A DNA stretch of 64,000 nucleotides from an uncultured Planctomycetota bacterium (GTDB lineage: Bacteria > Planctomycetota > Planctomycetia > Isosphaerales > Isosphaeraceae): positions 160,001 through 224,000 of the forward strand of contig CAWJTV010000015.1 in assembly GCA_963845755.1 (NCBI GenBank), written 5' to 3'. Shown one piece after another: positions 58,121 through 64,000 of this stretch. Each line of letters begins with the position of its first letter. Position 1 is the stretch's first letter. The notes below the pieces were generated by a model. It was not told the origin of the DNA and searched no databases. It saw only the letters and a program-made list of their open reading frames with translations. A program made the position numbers and the translations under genes.

Positions 58121-58330
58121 ATGATCGACCTACCGACCATTGACGAGCTGCGTGAGACCCGTCGTCGCCTGGCAGAACAATCGGGGCTGGACGTCCAGCG
58201 CTACGCGGCCTTGCTACAGCAGTCCGTGCCGAGGTCAGCCGGCCCCTACGTGTCCACGCCGCTTCTGCCCCAACCGATGTCCCCGTTCCGTCAGTCGTCT
58301 GACCTCGAACCCGAGCACGCCGGGGCCTGA
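58121..58330 (+). CDS. small hypothetical protein
   Basis: 69 aa, PTIDELRETRRRLAEQSGLDVQRY; GGAG RBS. Confidence 0.6.
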   Translation: MIDLPTIDELRETRRRLAEQSGLDVQRYAALLQQSVPRSAGPYVSTPLLPQPMSPFRQSSDLEPEHAGA

Positions 58331-58435
58331 TTATTTGGCCCGGGTCGTTGTGACTGCGTACCGTGTCCGCGAGAAGGGAGGCGGGACGTGACGGAGAACC
58401 TAGTCAAGACCAAGAAGGCAGGGGGAAATTGACCC

Positions 58436-59146
58436 ATGTCCACGATCACACCGACTCCGTCGATGCCGCTGCCGGAGGAACCGACGTCCGCCGCGCCATT
58501 CATCCCGGTTTCCGGCGACAAGAGGACGCTCATTCCGGGCGTTCCCTGGGAGACCTACCGCACCCTGTCCGAATCAATCGGCGAGGGCGAACATGTCCGA
58601 CTGGCCTATGACGGGAAGGACCTGGAGATCACGACCGTCGGCAATATCCACGAGATGGTTAAAGGGTTGACCGGCGACGTCGTTCATGAGGTGGCGGCGG
58701 CCCTGGACGTCGATTATGTGGCGTGCGGCGAAACGATATGGGACGCTCCGCCCCGGGGACTCCAGGCCGATCTGTCGTACCACTTCGACGCCGGGAAGAT
58801 CCGGATCGCCAGGGAAGCGGCGGCCCGCGGCTCGAAGGAACCGAGCGACGATCCCCATCCCGATATGGCGGTCGAGATCGACATGTCGCCTCCTCAGAAC
58901 GACCGGCCTGCAATCTACCGGGACCTCCGCGTTACCGAGGTCTGGCGACTGGTCAGGCTCGAGAAGCTCATGATCGAGCAACTCCAGCCGGATGGTTCCT
59001 ACGCCGCGGTAGCGGAGAGCCGGTTCCTGCGGATTCCACCCGAGGATCTTCTCCGCTGGGTGAAAGAGGGGCTCGCCGAAAGCCGACCCGCCTGGACCCG
59101 TCGCTTAAGACAGTGGGCCGCGGCGTTGGGCCAACATGCCCCCTGA
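58436..59146 (+). CDS. Uma2 family endonuclease, copy 2 (divergent subfamily)
   Basis: GVPWETY, RLAYDGKDLEI, GLQAD, PDMAVEID and IYRDLRVTEVWR. Confidence 0.88.
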   Translation: MSTITPTPSMPLPEEPTSAAPFIPVSGDKRTLIPGVPWETYRTLSESIGEGEHVRLAYDGKDLEITTVGNIHEMVKGLTGDVVHEVAAALDVDYVACGETIWDAPPRGLQADLSYHFDAGKIRIAREAAARGSKEPSDDPHPDMAVEIDMSPPQNDRPAIYRDLRVTEVWRLVRLEKLMIEQLQPDGSYAAVAESRFLRIPPEDLLRWVKEGLAESRPAWTRRLRQWAAALGQHAP

Positions 59147-59232
59147 TCGCCTCCCGGGAGGCGGTCCAAGAAGAGAAACGGCACGTGACGGAGAACCTGG
59201 TCAAGACCAAGAAGGCAGGGGGGAAGTGACCC

Positions 59233-59872
59233 ATGTCCACGATCACACCGACTCTAACGATGCCGCAGCCGGCGGATCCGGACTGGGTACCCGAGCCGCT
59301 GGGTCGCTTGACGTTGGACCAATACGAGGCGATGGTCGAATCCGGCATCCTGACGGCCCGCGACCGGATGATGCTCATCAACGGGTGTTTGGTGGAGAAG
59401 ATGACACACAGCCCTCCCCATGCGGTCGCCGATGAGCTGCTGCGGCGACGCGCTCCGACCCCTCTTGCCGGCGGGCTGGTCGTTGCGGACAGCCAAGCCC
59501 ATCCGGATCCGTAGGCCGGCCCCGGAACGGGACAGCGAACCGGAACCGGACCGGTGCATCGTCAGGGGCACCACGCGGGATTACGAGGATCAGCATCCGG
59601 AGCCCAAAGACGTCGCAGTCACCGTCGAGGTATCCAGGTCCAGCCTGGTGCTCGATCGCAAGATGGCTGGCATCTCTGGACGGGCCGGCATCCCCACCTA
59701 CTGGCTCATCGACGCGGTCAACCGCCAGGTCGAGGTCTATTCCCAGCCTGGGCCGTCCGGTTACGGGGCCATGGAAGTGCTCGCGCCGGGACATGTCCTG
59801 ACCGTCATCATCGACGGTGTTGCGGTGGGCGAAATCCCCGTCGCAGACATCATGCCACGCGAACGGCCCTGA
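59233..59872 (+). CDS. Uma2 family endonuclease, copy 3 (close paralog of copy 1; frameshift near 59440)
   Basis: LTLDQYEAM, SEPEPDRCIVRGTTRDY and GIPTYWLID. Confidence 0.88.
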
Positions 59873-59970
59873 CTCCTTCCGGCGGTCCCGCTTTGGCCAT
59901 GGCAAGCACGCCGACGTCGAAATCTTGGCGATCGCATCTTGAGCCAACCCGGTGTGATAGGCTATGGTGA

Positions 59971-60028
59971 TTGGAAGTCGAACAATGACTTCCAAAGTCA
60001 ACACGGAAACTTCCAACTCGTCAATTGG
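59971..60028. promoter_or_regulatory. operator-like element upstream of dndA (copy 2)
   Basis: TTGGAAGTC-N7-GACTTCCAA, AACTTCCAA 21 bp later, then CGTCAATTGG. Confidence 0.7.
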
Positions 60029-60068
60029 CGGATCGGAGATTCCGCAACATCTCCCGGAGGCTCGCTCC

Positions 60069-61212
60069 GTGAGACCGATTTACCTCGACTACAACGCGAC
60101 AACCCCGCTCGACCCGCGAGTCTTCGAGGCCATGCGGCCCTACTATCTGGCGGAGTTCGGCAATGCCGGGAGCCGGACCCACCTCTACGGCAACCAGGCC
60201 AGGGACGCGGTGGAACTTGCCCGAGCCGCGATTGCCGCACTCCTCGGCCGAAGGCCGGAAGAGGTCGTGTTTACGAGTGGCGCGACCGAGAGCAATAACC
60301 TCGTCTTGCTCGGCCTGATGGCCCATGGTCTGGGTTCCGGTCGAACCCACGTACTGGCTTCCAGCATCGAGCACAAGTCCGTCCTGGCGCCCCTGGAAAA
60401 GCTCCGGTCGGCCGGTTTCGAGGTCGAGTTGTTGCCGGTGACGGACGGAGGCTATGTCGATTCGGAAGAGGTCCGTCGTCGGTTGCGCGAATACGCTCCT
60501 TGTCTCGCTTATGCACGCCAACAATGAGACGGGCGTTCTCCAGCCCGTGCGCGAGGTCGCCGGTCTCATGGCTGACTCCCGTACGCTCTTTCACGTCGAC
60601 GCCGCGCAGACGTTCGGCAAGCAGGTGGACGAATTACGCCAGCTCGACTGCGATTTCCTCGCGATCAGCGGCCACAAAATCTATGGACCGGCCGGCATCG
60701 GGGCGCTTTGCATCCGACGTTCCCGACTCCACCGGACGGCGCTCGAACCGATTATGAGAGGCGGCGGTCAGGAAAGAGGACTCCGGCCCGGCACGCTCCC
60801 CGTTCCCTTGATTGTGGGACTCGGCGCCGCGGCCGAACTGGCGGGGCGGGAGCACGGGGCACGAACCGCCCACGCCGCGGGATTGAAGCGGGAGCTTCTG
60901 ATCGCCCTGGATGCCGTCCCCCATCGAATCAATGGGGATCTTGCCAGGATGCAACCTCATGTCCTCAACGTCAGCTTTCCGGGCGTGCAAAGCGAGGCGC
61001 TCATGCTGGCCTTGCGGTACGAGATGGCAATCTCCAACGGCTCCGCCTGTACGTCGTCCAGCTATTCGACGAGCCATGTCTTGCGAGCCATGGGCCTGTC
61101 GGAGAGCCGGATCGAAACGGCGGTCCGGTTTTCCTGGGGGCCGGGCGTGGACTCGATCCCAGTCATGGCCCTGATCGAAGCGGTCAGGAAGCTGACGTGC
61201 TCGAGCTCTTAA
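60069..61212 (+). CDS. dndA: cysteine desulfurase DndA/IscS type (frameshift near 60490; start could be 59985)
   Basis: YLDYNATTP, FTSGATE, HVDAAQ, SGHK and SNGSACTS; dnd context. Confidence 0.88.
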
Positions 61213-61319
61213 CGTTTGAGTCGCGCACGAGCAGCACCAAGCCGACGCGCATCCTGAAGTGATACGAGAGGGGGAGGGTGACGGAGTGTGATTGGCCCCG
61301 AAGTCGCAGATGTCCTCCG

Positions 61320-61510
61320 ACGGCCTGAAGGGCCGCAGGAACCCAGCCCGGGGAGAATCCCGGGAATGGGTCGCACCGCAAGTCCTCCGTGCACCCGGAA
61401 GGGGTGCCGGAGCCGGTTCCTGCGGCCTTTCAGGCCGCCGGAGGTCTGGGGTATGCCGCGGACCCCGGGTTTTCACCCGGGGCTGGGCTTCTGCGGCCCT
61501 TCAGGCCGCC
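61320..61510. repeat. REP-like inverted repeats (cggcctgaagggccgcag.a.cccagccc type)
   Basis: One forward and two reverse-complement copies. Confidence 0.75.
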
Positions 61511-61633
61511 GGTGATAGGCTATCCTTAGTGATTGCAACCCATCCGTTAAGTGCTCTAGACTTTGCTCGACCGCCTTGGGGATGACGGGCAATTGCTGGG
61601 ACGCGATCGGAACGAATCTCGGAAACATTGACC

Positions 61634-62740
61634 ATGGCCGGCTTCGAGCTTCACCTACCGGCGATCCGCGGCAAGCAAGCGGGACGCGAGTTCTTCCTCA
61701 TCATGTGTCCCCTCGCGGTCCTCCCGCGCCTTTTTCGCTCGGAAGATGAGGATGTCCAGCCCGAACTCCAGGCCCAGCGGGTCCTGATCCGGAGCCGGGT
61801 CCCGGAGATCGCCCGCTACATCACGGATAATCCCGACTCTTACGTCCTGTCCTCGATCGTCGGCTCGGTCGACCGCGAGGTTCGCTTTGAGCCGGTCCCT
61901 GGCCAGGCCGGGGCGTCAGGGATGGGCACCCTGACGCTGCCGATCGCCGCCCGTTTCCTGATCCACGACGGCCTCCACCGCCGCGCCGCCATCGAAGCCG
62001 CCCTTCGTCTCAAGCCCGAACTCGGTGAAGAGACCGTCTCGCTCGTCCTGTATGTCGACCCGGGCTTCCAGCGATCGGAGCAAATCTTCTCGGACCTGAA
62101 ACGCCACGAATCGCGCTCGTCGCGCTCGCAGGGAATCCTCTGCGATAACCGCGACGAAATGGCCCTCATCACCAAGGAGCTGATCAAGAGGGTGGATGTC
62201 TTCGAAGGCATGACCGAGATGGTCCGGAGCAAGATCTCGAACCGCTCGCTCAAACTGTTCACGCTGAGCGGGATTTACCACGCGACGGAGACGCTCCTCT
62301 CCCAGAAGCCGAAGGCCCCGTTCGCCGAGAAGCTTGCCCTGGCGACGCAGTTCTGGACCGAGGTGGCGAACCAGATCCCGGACTGGAGCCGCGCCAAGCG
62401 TCGAGAGATCAGTCCGGCCGACTTGCGGGCATGGTGTGTCCACTCACACGCGATCGCGTTGGCGGCCTTGGCACGGGCGGGGCGATCTCTGCTGGAGATC
62501 GACCGAGACAAATGGCGAAAGCGTCTGGCACCGCTCCGGAAACTCAACTGGCTCCGGTCGAACCGGCAGCTCTGGGAGGGTCGAGCCATGATCGCAGGCC
62601 GCCTGTCCAAGTCGAATATGAATGTGTTGCTCACGGGCAACGTCATCAAACGGCAGTTGAGGCTGCCGCTGACGCGTGAAGAGCAGGGGGCCGAAGAACG
62701 TCTGACGACACCGACGTTGGATAAGAGCCCGAAGCGCTAG
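61634..62740 (+). CDS. dndB: second DndB-family protein with DGLHR variant motif
   Basis: LPAIRGKQAG, QAQRVLIRSRVPEIARY, HDGLHR, ISNRSLKLFTLSGIY and WEGRAM; aligns end to end with 55773..56873. Confidence 0.85.
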   Translation: MAGFELHLPAIRGKQAGREFFLIMCPLAVLPRLFRSEDEDVQPELQAQRVLIRSRVPEIARYITDNPDSYVLSSIVGSVDREVRFEPVPGQAGASGMGTLTLPIAARFLIHDGLHRRAAIEAALRLKPELGEETVSLVLYVDPGFQRSEQIFSDLKRHESRSSRSQGILCDNRDEMALITKELIKRVDVFEGMTEMVRSKISNRSLKLFTLSGIYHATETLLSQKPKAPFAEKLALATQFWTEVANQIPDWSRAKRREISPADLRAWCVHSHAIALAALARAGRSLLEIDRDKWRKRLAPLRKLNWLRSNRQLWEGRAMIAGRLSKSNMNVLLTGNVIKRQLRLPLTREEQGAEERLTTPTLDKSPKR

Positions 62741-62791
62741 CGAGTGAATTCCGCCGGAGTCCATCCATTCACTCGCTAGCGGGTCGGGCTC
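62725..62791. repeat. REP-like hairpin between convergent genes (possible terminator)
   Basis: gagcccga..cgctagcgagtgaat ... attcactcgctagcg..tcgggctc. Confidence 0.7.
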
Positions 62792-62824
62792 GTATGAGCC
62801 GTCGCCAACCCAACGTTCGACGCT

Positions 62825-63735
62825 CTAGCCGGATCCCAGGAACTTCTGCCTCCGATGCCAGTCGAGATACGCTGGGTCGGGGTAGAGCGACGAATCGTTG
62901 GGCAACCGGATCTTCTGCCCATGATACTCGGCGAGCGGCTTCTGGTCGGGGCTGTCTTCGGCGAAACAGTCGCGAGCGACGATGACCGTGAAGTCGTCCG
63001 CGATCGTCCAGAGCCCGTTATCGAACATCCAGTGGGCGTTTCGGCAAAGAGCGATGCCGTTCCGGACGTCGTTATTCCGCGAATCCGAGAACTGGTGGAT
63101 ATGGGCCGCGTCGATGAGCGTGCTCGACGAGACGGTCATGATCCGGTAGCCGGTCAGGGCACACGCATAGTTGTACGTCGGGACAACCTGGAGCCGGAAT
63201 CGGGCTTCCCGGCCCTTCTGCGTCGCATCCTCCGGCGCATGGTGCTGGGAGGCACTGACAACCTGGTCCTCGTTCGGAACCGGGATGCCCAGGAGAGCGC
63301 AAAGACCCGGCCACTCGTCGTTCGGGAAATACTTGCAGATCAGAACCCGGGCGCCTCGTCCCGAAAAGCCGCGTCCTTCAGGCATGCCTCGAAGTCGGGA
63401 TTGAGTTCGGCAAACCTTGCCAGGCGACGATCGGGCGCGGGCTTGCCGTTCTCGCCTACGGCCTTCCAGCAGCCGTCGCTCTGCAAGTGGTAGAACGGGA
63501 AGCGCACGTCGGGAGCCTGCGTCCGGCGTTCCGCGACGACGTACCAGTACGAACAAAACTGGAAGGCCAACTCGGGCGTCAGAGGCATGACCTTCTCGGG
63601 TAAGCGAGCTTGTTCGGCGAGCTCCATGATCGCGAGGAGAAGCAGCGGCTTGTGCGGTGCTGGGTTGCCCTTGGCCCAGTCAACTCGCAGTTTCCCGAGC
63701 TTTGACAGCCATCGCTCTCGCGTTATCGCATCCAT
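62825..63735 (-). CDS. SBD-HNH endonuclease (phosphorothioate-reader-type restriction nuclease family), frameshift near 63350
   Basis: N-terminal APHKPLLLLA ... RFPFYHLQSDGCW; C-terminal CALTG..AAHI..NGIALCRNAHWMFD..LDWH. Confidence 0.8.
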
Positions 63736-63832
63736 CCGGATGCCCTCTTCGACTCTTCGACAACGGACAACGAAGGAATTGTGGGGAAAAGCACCGACGC
63801 CGATTCCTCCAACTCCTTATGACACCAGTTCC

Positions 63833-64000
63833 TTACGTCACAGTTATCTCGTCAGGCGCGGCTTCATAGCCCTCTTTCTCCCTGGCCTGCCGGATCCGCT
63901 CGATCAGCGCCGGCAGGTGCGGCCCAAGCCACTCTTTATTGTTCCCAGGAAACAGCCTGATTCGCCAATGACGAAACCTCTCGCCTCGCCCACCAATCTT
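63833..64000 (-). CDS. 3' end of a hypothetical protein running in from beyond the window
   Basis: Open frame ...WLGPHLPALIERIRQAREKEGYEAAPDEITVT*. Confidence 0.4.
   Translation of the reverse strand, partial: KIGGRGERFRHWRIRLFPGNNKEWLGPHLPALIERIRQAREKEGYEAAPDEITVT

Noticed and set aside
57397..59254. Uma2 leader repeats as a CRISPR array or integron attC sites
   Set aside because: Spacing is ~0.8-1 kb with whole genes between repeats; no cas or integrase gene and no RYYYAAC/GTTRRRY ends

Overview
High-GC bacterial chromosomal window, very probably a planctomycete (Isosphaeraceae-like). This rests on the DUF1501 + PSCyt/DUF1549/DUF1553 gene pair, ECF sigma + Ser/Thr kinase-WD40 pair, membrane-fused ECF sigma, PEP-CTERM gene and GC-rich REP-like palindromes. 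Many genes are split by single-base frameshifts, often at homopolymers, which looks like uncorrected long-read error, so I report the joined genes. The first ~49 kb holds typical accessory genes (glycoside hydrolases, esterases, P450, patatin, an IS5-disrupted sulfatase) plus a few conflict-type oddities (REase-HEPN fusion, possible toxin-tip/immunity pair). The most notable region, ~49.2-63.7 kb, is an unusually organised DNA phosphorothioation (Dnd) locus. It has dndBCD and a detached dndE on the minus strand, and a divergent dndA. A second DndB paralog carries DGLHR instead of DGQHR, and a convergent SBD-HNH nuclease (phosphorothioate-reader type) follows it. Between dndB and dndA lies an array of three Uma2 endonuclease genes, each framed by a shared leader and trailer. 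The array is bracketed by two copies of a ~60-bp operator-like element (TTGGAAGTC-N7/8-GACTTCCAA...). A LigD phosphoesterase and an orphan TRAFAC GTPase follow dndE. No dndFGH, tRNA, rRNA or CRISPR array was seen. All family assignments come from motif recognition by eye, not database searches.
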